The notes beneath the pieces were generated by a model. The model saw only the letters and a list, made by a program, of their open reading frames with translations. It was not told the origin of the DNA and did no database searches. Below are positions 30,247 through 40,112 of a stretch of 64,000 nt of DNA, one piece after another. Within the stretch, counting starts at the first letter, position 1; every line of letters begins with the position of its first letter. This DNA is from a virus (lineage: Duplodnaviria; Caudoviricetes): IMG/VR virus record IMGVR_UViG_2639762957_000001, positions 1-64,000 of that record. One strand, written 5' to 3'. The translations under genes and the position numbers were made by a program.

Positions 30247-30645
30247 TCATTTTTTCAGTTCCCAAATTTGGGCGGCCTTTTTCCTGGCTTTAGCTTCTTC
30301 CCGGATAGTGGCTCGTTGAGTCTCTGTACAAGCGTACAGCGGGTCCTTGACATTCATGCGGTAACACCGCTGCGGAAGGCCAGTTCTACGGAGGCCTTTC
30401 CCTTCAAACGCAATGAAGTTCTGGAACGTTCCGTCTTCATAGTAGACCCGGCGGTAGTGGTGGAGCTTCCCGTCCTGGGTACACACGAGTTCCCGGATTG
30501 GTTTTTCCGGTTCTGTGTCTTCAAAGAGCCAGTCTAGACCCTGTAAGAAATCTTGTTTCGTAACTCCTGTATAGGCAGTCCATTCTTCAAATAATGCACA
30601 TCTCCCTCTGAGCACATACTTTTTCCATGTATCAACTTTTGCCAT
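30247..30645 (-). CDS. Hypothetical protein
   Basis: ORF with RBS AAGGAG/GGAGG. Confidence 0.7.
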   Translation of the reverse strand: MAKVDTWKKYVLRGRCALFEEWTAYTGVTKQDFLQGLDWLFEDTEPEKPIRELVCTQDGKLHHYRRVYYEDGTFQNFIAFEGKGLRRTGLPQRCYRMNVKDPLYACTETQRATIREEAKARKKAAQIWELKK

Positions 30646-30668
30646 CCTCCCATTCTCCTTTCTTTATT

Positions 30669-31364
30669 TTACTTAGCCTTGTTGGCTGCTACTGGCGGCC
30701 AGACACGGATTGTATCCGGCACTTCGGCCTGCTTCGGCTGCTTTTTGGATTTCGCCGACTGTATCTGTGTATTCACAGTCCGAGGAGCTTCAGCAGCTTC
30801 GCTTCCAGTATCATACGTTTCATCAGCGTCGTAATCAGCATAGCTGCCGTCGCCGAACTTGTCCCAGATGTCCTGGCGTATCCCTTCGACGGTGTCGACG
30901 TAGTTGATGGTTTCCTCATAGTTCGGGATACCGCCGGCTTCATCGACGGCACCAGGGCCTGCATTGTAGGCGGCTTCTGCGTAGATATAGGGGTCATCCC
31001 AGTCCCGGTAGCGCGACAACATCTGTCCCAGATAAGCGACGCCGCCATAGATGTTATCCTCCTCGTTGTACGGATTGACACCAAGACTGGCTGCCGTGTC
31101 CGGCATGAGCTGGGCAATGCCGATAGCTCCGGCACCGGATACAGCAGAGTTGTCGAAATGGCTTTCTGCTGTAAAAACGGCCGCTGCCAGGATGGGGTCG
31201 ACGTCGTACTCATAGGAAGCATCACAGATGTCCTGGGCAATGATGCCGGCTTCCGGTTCGCTGACATACTGACTGACCTGCTCATAGACCATTTCATCAG
31301 GCGAAGCCGCCTGTACGGTCGTTGTGGCTATAGCCAGCATCAGCAATATTCCTCGTTTCAACAA
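30669..31364 (-). CDS. Secreted lytic transglycosylase (SLT)
   Basis: Signal peptide; AESHF..GAIGIAQLMPDTA..AAYNAGPGAV..ETINYV. Confidence 0.92.
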   Translation of the reverse strand: MLKRGILLMLAIATTTVQAASPDEMVYEQVSQYVSEPEAGIIAQDICDASYEYDVDPILAAAVFTAESHFDNSAVSGAGAIGIAQLMPDTAASLGVNPYNEEDNIYGGVAYLGQMLSRYRDWDDPYIYAEAAYNAGPGAVDEAGGIPNYEETINYVDTVEGIRQDIWDKFGDGSYADYDADETYDTGSEAAEAPRTVNTQIQSAKSKKQPKQAEVPDTIRVWPPVAANKAK

Positions 31365-31414
31365 AGTATCATCTTCCTTTACATGAATCTATGGGGTCTT
31401 TCCTGTTTCCCCCT

Positions 31415-31535
31415 GCGCTTTCCGCTGCGTATAAAAAAGCATAGTGCCGGCCGCGGGCAAGGGCCAGCCGCAGGCGCAGCACTGTTTACCCTTGCCCGCG
31501 GCCGGCACTATGCTAAACTAACAAGGCGGAAGCGC
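31415..31535 (+). promoter_or_regulatory. Putative ssDNA promoter hairpin 7 (upstream of SLT operon)
   Basis: AGCATAGTGCCGGCCGCGGGCAAGGG / CCCTTGCCCGCGGCCGGCACTATGCT; TTGCCC-16-TAAACT; followed by TTTTATTAAGGCTT. Confidence 0.55.
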
Positions 31536-31565
31536 CTCGTTTTTCTTGCTTTTTATTAAGGCTTT

Positions 31566-34352
31566 TCAGGCACGCCGCTCTGTGCTTTGGGATTTTTCCT
31601 GTACTTTTCCCCGTTTCGGCTGGTTTTCGATGGCTTTCTTGATGTCCGGCCGTTCCAGGCTTTCCTTGACGTATTTCTTGTACTTCGGCAGGTAATTCCC
31701 AATCCAGCGCTCAATCGTATCGGCTTTGTACTTCTTAGCCAGTTCGGCTACCATATAATCCGCTTTTTCCTTGTCCGTATGGCAGTAATTGACAATGGCC
31801 TTGGCTTCATACCACGGCATGACCTGTGCGACTTTCCGGCCAATCTTGGGCCGGTGTTCTTCCATGTTTTCCGGCTCGAAGCCGCGCTGGATGACAGCTT
31901 CGATTTCTTCCGGTTTGGGCCGCTCAAATTCGACAGCCGATTCCAGCTGCACCTGGTTATCCGTATATTTCTCAAGGACCCGTAGGCCCTTATTCAAATC
32001 TTTCAGGGCTGTCCGGCCACGGTCATCCAGGTCATCCTTTCCACTGTTGATGAGGTCTTTCGAGAACCGGGCGCTGCCGATCTTCATCTGGCCGTCATAG
32101 TATTCCCGGCTGAGGACAGGGACCTCATCATAAGATACGGTGAGCTTGCGCCAGCCGGAATATTCTACCGGCTTCATGCCGCTCTGTTCATGTGTGAACA
32201 TGTCCCGGTCGTCCTGCATCAGGGCATAGACGAATTGGCGGGCTTCATCGCCCTTGTATGATTCCTTCCCTGCGTCTGTTTCCAGGGATACGGCGAACTT
32301 ATCCTCAAATTCCTGTACATGGTGCTGCTCGATTTCCTTGATGAAGGGTTTTACCGGCAGTGGTTCTTCTTCCATGCCAGGAGCCATGAAATGGCCGTCA
32401 TAGTCAGGAACGAGGGAATGTTTCAGCTCGATGACCAGTCCGTCTCCTTTTCGTCCATAGAATTCCGGTGTCTTCACATCGAGAGCCATTTCACCGTATT
32501 TCCGGCGCACGTCGATTTCATCTGTGATGTGCTCATTGGCTGGTATCCGGTACAGATACGTATCAACCCGGTCTTCAATCTTCTTGTATACCGGGTGGGA
32601 TGACAGATAGCGGCTTTCGCTCTGTAACAGCGGCTCTATAGTCCGTGACAGCTCCAAGTCTGCTTTCTGGTATTCCTGTACCATGAGCCGGGCTTCGGCA
32701 GCTTTCAGCGTTTCCGGGCTGGCTTCCCAGGCTTCCTTGAATTCCTCGCTGCCATTGAACAGCTTCAGCTTCATCCGTTCTGTAATGGCTTCTTCCCGTC
32801 GTACCTCATCGAAAGCCTGTTCCCGCAACGGACGGAGGGCTGCATATTTCAGGCTTTCGGTAAGAGTTCCCTTGTTCCCCGTCTGTAGCAGTCCCTGTTC
32901 CAGGGAAATATTCTGTTTCCAATCCTTGAACTGTACCTTGAAGGCGACTTCCTTCCGGTACTCCGGATTGTCGATGTTCTCGAAGAGACGCCGGTCTTCC
33001 TGTACGATATGGAACAGGACTTTATAAGCGTCATCGCCCTTGAGCTGCGCCCCTTTAGGGATGAGCGTGTCCTTCATCTGGTAGTCCTGTTTCATCGTGA
33101 CTTCCAGCTGCTGCAAGGGGTCTTTCATCATGGCTTCCAGTTCGCGGGCCTGCTGGGCGACCCGTTTCAATTCGGATTTTTCAAAGGCCCCGTTGATTTT
33201 CTGGGACGCCGTATCGCCCCGATAGGCACTCTTGTACAGTATCTTCGTCGTGGCATCGTGTTCGAGATATTCCGTGATCAGGGCGCCATCCTTTATCTTG
33301 TACGGTTTCGTCGCCCCGGCGTGCTGGAGCAGCTTAGTCATAGCATATTCCCGTTCCAGCGCCCGCTGGGCAGGCAGCCGAGCTTCATGCCAGGTGTTCT
33401 CCCCGGCCAGCTTGCGCAGGGCCTTGATGCCTTCCAGTGGGTCCTTGAACAGGGCTTCATCCTTCATTTCGACGCCATTATCTTTCAGCATGGTCTTTAT
33501 CCGGTCCGTGATTTCTTCCGGTGACAGATTCTGTCCTTTTTCATAAGGCGGGATGCCTTCAATGTCTTTGGCGTTATATAGCTTCCACGTGACCAGATGG
33601 TACTTTGCGTCCTTATTGACAAGATATTCAAAGGTTTCCGGCTTGGCCCCTTCCCGGAGTTTCCAGCCAGCCTTGTCAATATCTGTCTTGCACATGTACC
33701 GCGGGTCCGGCTCATCGAGGATCATGGCTTTGAGGTAATTGGCACAGGTCATCTCTTTCTGCACAGGCTGGCCATCCTGGCCAATCTTTATCTGGCAGGG
33801 AATCTTATCCATGCTTTTGAAGAAGGCCCCTGTCTCATGCAGATTGTTTATTAGCTGGTTCTCAATGGTACGGCGCCGGCTCAGGCAGGTCGCTTCTTCA
33901 TTGTCGAAGAATTCCTTCGTCCGTTTGAAACTCCCTTCCTTCCGGGCCTGCCGGGCCGTCTTGTTCCGGTAGCGGACGGCTTTCGTGCGGCTCTGTTCCT
34001 TCTCTGGCGCCCTGCCCATCAGGTCTTCGATACGGTCATAGGCTTCATACCGGGTCTGGATGCCTTCATTCCACATGACCAACATATAAATATCGCCGGA
34101 TTTTCCCGTTTCCCAGTCCTTGAACATGTTGTAGTTCGTGCCGGATGCCGGATTCTCCGAATCGAAGATAGAGAGCTTCCCACGGCCTTTCATGCTGCCA
34201 AACCGGCACTGGTCCGGCGAAAAGAAGCGCCGGCCATAATAGCGGGAACCTGCCGGGGCCTTGCTGTCCTGGGGCAGGTTGCCCATGCAGTATTCCTGGA
34301 TACGGTTCTTATAGTACGCATAATTGCGTTGCTTGTACTTCCGTTTCTTCAT
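31566..34352 (-). CDS. Large multidomain (polyvalent-type) protein with ArdC-N-like domain
   Basis: NYL...DPRYM....GWKLREGAK...LYNAKDIEGIPP; N-terminal DnaG-ZBD-like FKDWETGKSGDIY segment. Confidence 0.6.
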   Translation of the reverse strand: MKKRKYKQRNYAYYKNRIQEYCMGNLPQDSKAPAGSRYYGRRFFSPDQCRFGSMKGRGKLSIFDSENPASGTNYNMFKDWETGKSGDIYMLVMWNEGIQTRYEAYDRIEDLMGRAPEKEQSRTKAVRYRNKTARQARKEGSFKRTKEFFDNEEATCLSRRRTIENQLINNLHETGAFFKSMDKIPCQIKIGQDGQPVQKEMTCANYLKAMILDEPDPRYMCKTDIDKAGWKLREGAKPETFEYLVNKDAKYHLVTWKLYNAKDIEGIPPYEKGQNLSPEEITDRIKTMLKDNGVEMKDEALFKDPLEGIKALRKLAGENTWHEARLPAQRALEREYAMTKLLQHAGATKPYKIKDGALITEYLEHDATTKILYKSAYRGDTASQKINGAFEKSELKRVAQQARELEAMMKDPLQQLEVTMKQDYQMKDTLIPKGAQLKGDDAYKVLFHIVQEDRRLFENIDNPEYRKEVAFKVQFKDWKQNISLEQGLLQTGNKGTLTESLKYAALRPLREQAFDEVRREEAITERMKLKLFNGSEEFKEAWEASPETLKAAEARLMVQEYQKADLELSRTIEPLLQSESRYLSSHPVYKKIEDRVDTYLYRIPANEHITDEIDVRRKYGEMALDVKTPEFYGRKGDGLVIELKHSLVPDYDGHFMAPGMEEEPLPVKPFIKEIEQHHVQEFEDKFAVSLETDAGKESYKGDEARQFVYALMQDDRDMFTHEQSGMKPVEYSGWRKLTVSYDEVPVLSREYYDGQMKIGSARFSKDLINSGKDDLDDRGRTALKDLNKGLRVLEKYTDNQVQLESAVEFERPKPEEIEAVIQRGFEPENMEEHRPKIGRKVAQVMPWYEAKAIVNYCHTDKEKADYMVAELAKKYKADTIERWIGNYLPKYKKYVKESLERPDIKKAIENQPKRGKVQEKSQSTERRA

Positions 34353-34360
34353 GGTCCTCG

Positions 34361-34567
34361 CTACCCTTCATAATCAAAACCACTGTTCTTGTCATCATCA
34401 AGCATCTGCCGGATAGCTGACGGATTGTCCAGTTCCAGTTCCCACGTATCCCGGAAGCTGACGCCGTATTCTTCTTCGGCTGTCATGATTTCCTTGGCTT
34501 CATCCTGGCTGATGCCCATAGCCAGCAGTTCCTTTTCATGTAATTTCTGTACTTCTTCATAACCCAT
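34361..34567 (-). CDS. Small acidic protein
   Basis: RBS GAGGAG; D/E-rich 68 aa. Confidence 0.65.
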   Translation of the reverse strand: MGYEEVQKLHEKELLAMGISQDEAKEIMTAEEEYGVSFRDTWELELDNPSAIRQMLDDDKNSGFDYEG

Positions 34568-34589
34568 AAGTCATTTCTCCTCTCCAGTT

Positions 34590-34697
34590 TCAATGTCTGA
34601 GCGGATTCTGGCCCTGGCATCCTGCTGCCAGCAGCAGGATGACCAGGATCAGGAACAGCGTCGTCGCAATCAAGAAAAACAAATCCAAAACATTCAC
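34590..34697 (-). CDS. Small membrane peptide/lipoprotein (35 aa)
   Basis: GTG overlapping upstream TGA; MNVLDLFFLIATTLFLILVILLLAAGCQGQNPLRH with LAAGC lipobox. Confidence 0.45.
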   Translation of the reverse strand: MNVLDLFFLIATTLFLILVILLLAAGCQGQNPLRH

Positions 34698-35548
34698 CTC
34701 TTGTTATAGCTGCGGGCCAGTGTCCGCTGGCCGTATGTCGTACCGTCACTCCAATGGACTTCATCCCATTTGTCGCGCATCCTTCCCGATGCCCGGAAGA
34801 TACGGTCGGTCTGGGCCAAATCATTGCCGTTGCGGAAATTGACGTTCCAGCAGAAATAGAGATCGTCCCGGCTCCGGTCGCCTGTCCAGGCGTCTTCGCC
34901 GTTATACAGGGCCTGCAGGATACGGCCGTTCTTCTGCTTGAACAGGGCTTCCAGCAGCTTTTCATCGCTGCCTTTCAATACCGCTGGCTCTGCCTTCTTC
35001 CGGCTAGCCGGCTTCTTCTCTTGCTTTACCGCAGGGGCAATACGGGATACCAGTTCATCCAGAACGGCCTGGCCGTTCTGGATCGGCGCATCGAGGATGG
35101 CGTTGCCGGTCACGGTGAAGTACCTGTCCTGTGCATAGACCTCGACGTCATCCGTCCGGATGCCCCGCCGGCCATCTTTAAGGCCATCAGCGGTGATGAT
35201 GATGTGCAGGCCTGTCCCGGACGGACTTTTTTCACAGTATGATTCGAACCGGTCCACCAGTTCCTGTGCATCTTCCCGGATACGGCCGTCATCATCGATG
35301 CAGTGGTCGATGTCGATGCCCACAAAGGGATCATCGGCAGTAAAGACGAAGCCCAGACCGTCGTAGCGATAAGCAGCCCGGCAGGCTTCCGAATACGTCC
35401 CCCACGTAAGGGGATTGTTGACCTGTGCCGGTTTCCCTGTTTTCGGGTCGTAGGGCATCTTCACTTTCTTCACCTTTTTGCCCTGCCGTTTGATGAATGT
35501 CTTCCATACGACCCATTGGGCACATTCCCTCAATGCTCTTGGTATCAT
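34694..35548 (-). CDS. AEP primase-polymerase (NrS-1-like) without helicase
   Basis: QWVVW, GIDIDHC, EKSPSGTGLHI, EVY..RYFTVTG, FRASGRMRDKWD..TYG. Confidence 0.88.
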   Translation of the reverse strand: MIPRALRECAQWVVWKTFIKRQGKKVKKVKMPYDPKTGKPAQVNNPLTWGTYSEACRAAYRYDGLGFVFTADDPFVGIDIDHCIDDDGRIREDAQELVDRFESYCEKSPSGTGLHIIITADGLKDGRRGIRTDDVEVYAQDRYFTVTGNAILDAPIQNGQAVLDELVSRIAPAVKQEKKPASRKKAEPAVLKGSDEKLLEALFKQKNGRILQALYNGEDAWTGDRSRDDLYFCWNVNFRNGNDLAQTDRIFRASGRMRDKWDEVHWSDGTTYGQRTLARSYNKR

Positions 35549-35566
35549 CGTACTGCCTCCTTTACG

Positions 35567-36535
35567 TTAGCGTTCCATACCGCGTGACTTCGCGTTTTCC
35601 TGCGGCCTGCGGACGGTAACACGGCGCTTGGCCGGTGCCTTTTCGACGGTCTTTTCTTCTGCCTTTTCAGCCGTCTTTTCGGTTTCCTGGCGGCGCCATT
35701 TAGCCGGTGTCGCCTTGGACCGGGCGATGGCCTGCTTTTCCTGGGCTTCGGCCCGCTGACGGCTCTGTTCGATTTGGCGGCTCGCTTCGTTCAGCCGGGC
35801 CGTCGTCCTCGACAGGACGCTTTCAACGGCATGATAGGCCTTAGCTTTGATGGCGTTCCGGACCCGGCGCGGCGCTTCGGAAATCGCATGGCACGTATCC
35901 TGTACCGTATGGGATACGGTGTCACGGATTTCTTTGAGAGGGTGCTTCTGGTTCTGCTTGACTGTTTCCTGGAAAACACGGAAGGCTTCGGCCGCTACCA
36001 TGAGCTGTTCTGGTGTCAGCGTTGTCTGGGAAGCTTCCCGCAGGTCTTTGATGGTTTCCTGCATCTGGGCCATCTGGGCCTGCATCCGGCGGTTTGCTTC
36101 GCGCTGCGCTTCCAGTTCCTTCGCATACATCTGGTTCAGCTTCTGGATCTGTTCCTTGAAGGCCTTGCTAGCATCTTCAAAGGAATCCCGTGCCTTTTGG
36201 ATGGCCGTCTGCTTGACAGCCTGCGGCTTTTCCTGTTCATAGGCATCCCGGCAGTCCGACAGGTTCTGGTTGATGGTTTTCTGCTTCTTGGCATGTTCCT
36301 TCCAGACTTCCGGCTGGGAGTGGCCGCAGTCCTGTTCCATCTGCCGGTAGCCTTGCATCTGTGTCGTCATATTCTTGGCGGCATCTTTCACCGGCTTCAG
36401 ATCCTTTTCCGGCACGACCTTTTCCGTCTTTGCCATTTCCTGTGTCGATTCCTGATAGAACTGGGCTTCCCAGGCATCGAGTTCTTCCTGGGAAATTTCT
36501 TCATACATATCCTGGTTCATAATATTCTCCTCCAA
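35567..36535 (-). CDS. Coiled-coil protein with basic C-terminal tail
   Basis: Helical Q/E/K-rich; ends KRRVTVRRPQENAKSRGMER. Confidence 0.75.
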   Translation of the reverse strand: MEENIMNQDMYEEISQEELDAWEAQFYQESTQEMAKTEKVVPEKDLKPVKDAAKNMTTQMQGYRQMEQDCGHSQPEVWKEHAKKQKTINQNLSDCRDAYEQEKPQAVKQTAIQKARDSFEDASKAFKEQIQKLNQMYAKELEAQREANRRMQAQMAQMQETIKDLREASQTTLTPEQLMVAAEAFRVFQETVKQNQKHPLKEIRDTVSHTVQDTCHAISEAPRRVRNAIKAKAYHAVESVLSRTTARLNEASRQIEQSRQRAEAQEKQAIARSKATPAKWRRQETEKTAEKAEEKTVEKAPAKRRVTVRRPQENAKSRGMER

Positions 36536-36967
36536 TTACTGACTAAGCTGTGCTTTTAGAACGCTGGTCATCTGTACGGTTATCGCATGGACGCAGTCCA
36601 GGGCTTCCGCCATGCCGCCGGTATGGACGAGGTATCCGCCCCGGCTGGCGTCCCCTGCCAGGGAGAAACAAATCATCATTTCCGATACCAGCAAGTCCAC
36701 TTGATTCATCAGGCCCTTGGCCAGTGCCTTTACTACTTCCATGCTGCGCATATCCCACGGCAGCCCTGGCCATTCCGGGTGGAACAGCAGCGGCATCGTG
36801 TTCCCTAATGTGCACATGGCTTCTTCCGGTGTCACGTTAGCTGCCATTAAGAAGCGCTTCGGTTCTTGCTTTGGCCTGGCACAGATGACGCAGTTCAGGT
36901 TCATCGAATCGATGTCATTCAGGAAGTCCCCGAACTTTTTCCTTAATTTCATGTCGATTTCGTTCAT
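36536..36967 (-). CDS. Hypothetical protein
   Basis: RBS AAAGGAG; abuts next gene. Confidence 0.7.
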   Translation of the reverse strand: MNEIDMKLRKKFGDFLNDIDSMNLNCVICARPKQEPKRFLMAANVTPEEAMCTLGNTMPLLFHPEWPGLPWDMRSMEVVKALAKGLMNQVDLLVSEMMICFSLAGDASRGGYLVHTGGMAEALDCVHAITVQMTSVLKAQLSQ

Positions 36968-36984
36968 TCAAATCAGCTCCTTTC

Positions 36985-38184
36985 TTATCGGCTTATACCT
37001 TTCGTCTTATCTGTCGTTGTGCGCCGGACGGCGACGCGGCGTTTCCGTTTCGGCTTGTCCGGGATGGTGATGGACCGATGGATGGGCTTGAAATCCCGTT
37101 TCTTCGCCTTTTCCGGCCCTGGCTGAGGCACCGGTTCTACTGTCCTTGCAGCCCTTTCGATAGTGTGCTCATCGGTCTTCGTCTGTACCTTCTGCAGGTC
37201 ACGTTCAATCATGTGGTCCTTGATGTAGTCCGTCATTTTCTGTGCTTCAGCAGCTGCCCGGAAAAGCTCATCCGGATCCTTTTCGATGACCTCGGCCCAG
37301 CTTTGCAGGTAGGCCACATGGTTCTCATAGTGCTCCTTACCTGGGGCTACGCCGTATTCCTGGCCCAGGAACAAGGAAGTCATTTCAGCTCGCAGTTCTT
37401 CCTTAGCGTAAATCGGGCCGCCGAACCCGTCAGACTTTGTGATGCCTTCCCGATTCATCCGGTTTTCAGCCCCCGTAGAATGGGCGATTTCATGGGCTAC
37501 GGTCCCGTAGAAGGCCCCTAACGACTTGAATTCTTCCCTCGGCATGACATGTACACAGTCTTCACTGACCCGGTAGAAATTCTGGTTCTTCTGGTCGAAT
37601 TGGACCTTGGCTTCGCTGTTGGCGATCATGGCTTCCATGGCAGCGTTCCGGTCCTTTTCATCGAGGGTGATGTCATGAGGCCTTTCCGGCGGGATGTTGG
37701 CAATCTGGTCGCCGTTGAAGACGATGTAGCGCCGGACCAGCGGTGGATTCAGCCGTCTTACGGCCGGTTTCATCCGGCCTGTTTCCGGATCGGGTTCCAT
37801 CTTTGGCACCAGCTTCCCCGTCTTCGGGTCCTTTTCCATGAGGGGCTTGGTGTACTGCCAGTATTCAATCGGGATGCCCTTGGCCCCCTTCTTGATGTGA
37901 GGTTGCTTTTCAAAGGGAAGCCCTTCTTTCTGCAAAGATTTGACCTGATTGAACGTAGCCCAGCGGGTATCCTTGAAACCGAATCTGTCGGCAGCGACGG
38001 TGAGCATCATATTGTTGATGCCGTGGTATTTCGTATCCTTGCCCTGCAGGTCGGCTACAAGGTTGCGGTGAGGATGGCCATAATGGCCGCTGTCCCAGAA
38101 AAAGGGCTTGCCCGAACGGATGTCCTCTACGACACGCTTTGCCAGGGCTTCCCGTTCTTCCTGGATTTTCTGTGGTAACGGCAT
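36985..38184 (-). CDS. ardC: ArdC-family antirestriction protein (ssDNA-binding + MPTase)
   Basis: YHGINNMML..DTRWATFNQ..VFNGDQI..HEIAHSTG..YAKEELRAE..YLQSW. Confidence 0.9.
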   Translation of the reverse strand: MPLPQKIQEEREALAKRVVEDIRSGKPFFWDSGHYGHPHRNLVADLQGKDTKYHGINNMMLTVAADRFGFKDTRWATFNQVKSLQKEGLPFEKQPHIKKGAKGIPIEYWQYTKPLMEKDPKTGKLVPKMEPDPETGRMKPAVRRLNPPLVRRYIVFNGDQIANIPPERPHDITLDEKDRNAAMEAMIANSEAKVQFDQKNQNFYRVSEDCVHVMPREEFKSLGAFYGTVAHEIAHSTGAENRMNREGITKSDGFGGPIYAKEELRAEMTSLFLGQEYGVAPGKEHYENHVAYLQSWAEVIEKDPDELFRAAAEAQKMTDYIKDHMIERDLQKVQTKTDEHTIERAARTVEPVPQPGPEKAKKRDFKPIHRSITIPDKPKRKRRVAVRRTTTDKTKGISR

Positions 38185-38199
38185 AAAATCAACTCCCTT

Positions 38200-38334
38200 C
38201 TAACGGACCCGTGCCGCATTATCGGCTTCCGATTCATTTTCCAGTTCCTGCTTTTCTTCATCCGTGAGCAGGTCAGCATCGCGCGGATCCATGCCGCCGT
38301 ACTTTTCTTCAAAACGCATATCTTCTTTTTCCAT
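38200..38334 (-). CDS. Small acidic protein (44 aa)
   Basis: RBS AAGGAG; MEKEDMRFEEKYGGMDPRDADLLTDEEKQELENESEADNAARVR*. Confidence 0.55.
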   Translation of the reverse strand: MEKEDMRFEEKYGGMDPRDADLLTDEEKQELENESEADNAARVR

Positions 38335-38348
38335 ATGGATTCTCCTTC

Positions 38349-38651
38349 CTACAATTTGAAACGGTTCTCGATATTATCCGGATAGAGCCTGTCCATCATC
38401 TCCTCCCGACGTTTCTGGTATTCCGGCTGCTGACTGACTTCCCGGACCAGCTTCTTGCCATAGTGGCTGATGACCCGGTTCAGACTGTACTTCTGCAATA
38501 CCTGGGCTAGTTTCAACGGTGAATACTGCATCCCCGGCATGGCCATGCGCAGGAAACGTATATCTGCCTCGCGCTGCGCTTCTATCCCGGTGATTTCCTG
38601 CCCCTTCATGAAACGCTTATACAGTGCTGCCAAAGACGGCTGTGCCATCAC
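38349..38651 (-). CDS. Hypothetical protein
   Basis: RBS AAAGGAGGG. Confidence 0.7.
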   Translation of the reverse strand: MMAQPSLAALYKRFMKGQEITGIEAQREADIRFLRMAMPGMQYSPLKLAQVLQKYSLNRVISHYGKKLVREVSQQPEYQKRREEMMDRLYPDNIENRFKL

Positions 38652-38880
38652 AATCCCTCCTTTCCCTCTTCATAAAAAGCCTTTTCTAAGATTGGTTCCA
38701 TCCCTTTCTGAAGCCAATGTGAAAAATAATCTTCATGGGAACGTTGCTGCATGGACTCACCTCGATTCTGTTATACCTGTTTTACCTGCTCACAAGCCGT
38801 TTAAACGGCTTTTTGTTTTATCTGTGATTAATGAGCTGTTCGCAGAAAGAAAAGGCCTTACAAGCGATTCTGTGACGATT

Positions 38881-39660
38881 TCAGGACATTTCCCGCTGGC
38901 GTTCCCTGCTTCTGGTGCGTTCCTGCCCTTTGCTCCGCATGACGGTCACATGGCGTTTGCGGCATACAGTGCATTTCTTTTCGTGGTTATCATGGGTGAT
39001 AGCCTTTTCCTCGGTCATGTTTTTCTTCTTGTTCAAGGAATAGGTGATTCCTTTCTTGTCCATGTACCAGCGCAGTGATTCCAGGCGGCCCCGGTACTGC
39101 TGCTGCCAGAATTCCACATCATTCTGGTTGCCGGCACTCATGTCATCCTTGATTTGAGCATCGATATAGCGGAGTTCCCGGCTTTCATCGAGGATGTACT
39201 GCTTTTCATTCTTCGTGAGGCCCGACGCCAGCAACATTTCCTGATCGTCCGTATCGTCGTCATCAAAACCGATTTCCACAGACAGGTCTTCCTTCTTGCC
39301 GTCTTCCTGAATCAAAAGCTGATTTCTGCTGGCCGGTTCCCGTTCGATGTTATATTGCTTCAAGTAAGCATCGAGCTTTTCCAGGCGGTTCCACCACTGC
39401 GTAGCCGCTCTCGTAGCCCCGTAGCGGTTCCCTTTCTCTGTTTCTTCTACAACTCGGCTGTCCAGGTAACGGAGCTTGGCAGCTTCCCGTTCCACATCCT
39501 TTTTGATTTTCCGAAGTGTTGCCAAGGGAGCTACTAAAATGGATTCGGCTTCCCGGCAGTTGTCATGGATGCAGAATGGATAAATCGTCTTTTCCTTTTT
39601 CTGGTCTTCCTTCCATGTTCTTTCTTTTGATTGCATGACTGGCTCCTTCCCTATACACAT
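38881..39660 (-). CDS. Hypothetical protein with basic C-terminal tail
   Basis: Likely start MQSKE; ends RKRHVTVMRSKGQERTRSRERQREMS. Confidence 0.7.
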   Translation of the reverse strand: MCIGKEPVMQSKERTWKEDQKKEKTIYPFCIHDNCREAESILVAPLATLRKIKKDVEREAAKLRYLDSRVVEETEKGNRYGATRAATQWWNRLEKLDAYLKQYNIEREPASRNQLLIQEDGKKEDLSVEIGFDDDDTDDQEMLLASGLTKNEKQYILDESRELRYIDAQIKDDMSAGNQNDVEFWQQQYRGRLESLRWYMDKKGITYSLNKKKNMTEEKAITHDNHEKKCTVCRKRHVTVMRSKGQERTRSRERQREMS

Positions 39661-39697
39661 ACATACTGTGTATATACTCTAATCTCTTAATCTCTAG

Positions 39698-40050
39698 CGT
39701 CACATTGTGCGCACAGTCGCGTCACATTTGGCGCACAATGTGACGCCCTTATAAATGCCTTAATATTGCCATGATTAGCTGTTTTTGAAACACTTTATCG
39801 TACCGATGTTGACACCCCTGTTGATTTCAATAGGCATGACCTGTTGACAGGCTGTTGTCACATTTTTGCACATTTGGCGCACATCGGTGTCACATTTAGC
39901 GCACAATGTGACGCCCCTATAAATGGCTTAATATTGCTACTTCTCACTATTTTTGAAACATTTTATCGTGCCGATGTTGACAGGTATGTTGATTGCATGT
40001 TGATTGCATGTTGACAGGCTGTTGATTTCCTATTCACGAATGTTGACTTT
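39698..40050. repeat. Iteron-like putative replication origin
   Basis: Two ~93-bp direct repeats (39721-39813, 39889-39982) headed by GTCACATT..AATGTGAC palindromes, plus multiple TGTTGA repeats. Confidence 0.7.
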
Positions 40051-40112
40051 TCTGTATTTTTAATCAAAATAAGCCACTTTTAACGAATTTTATTTCACAT
40101 CAATGAATGAAA

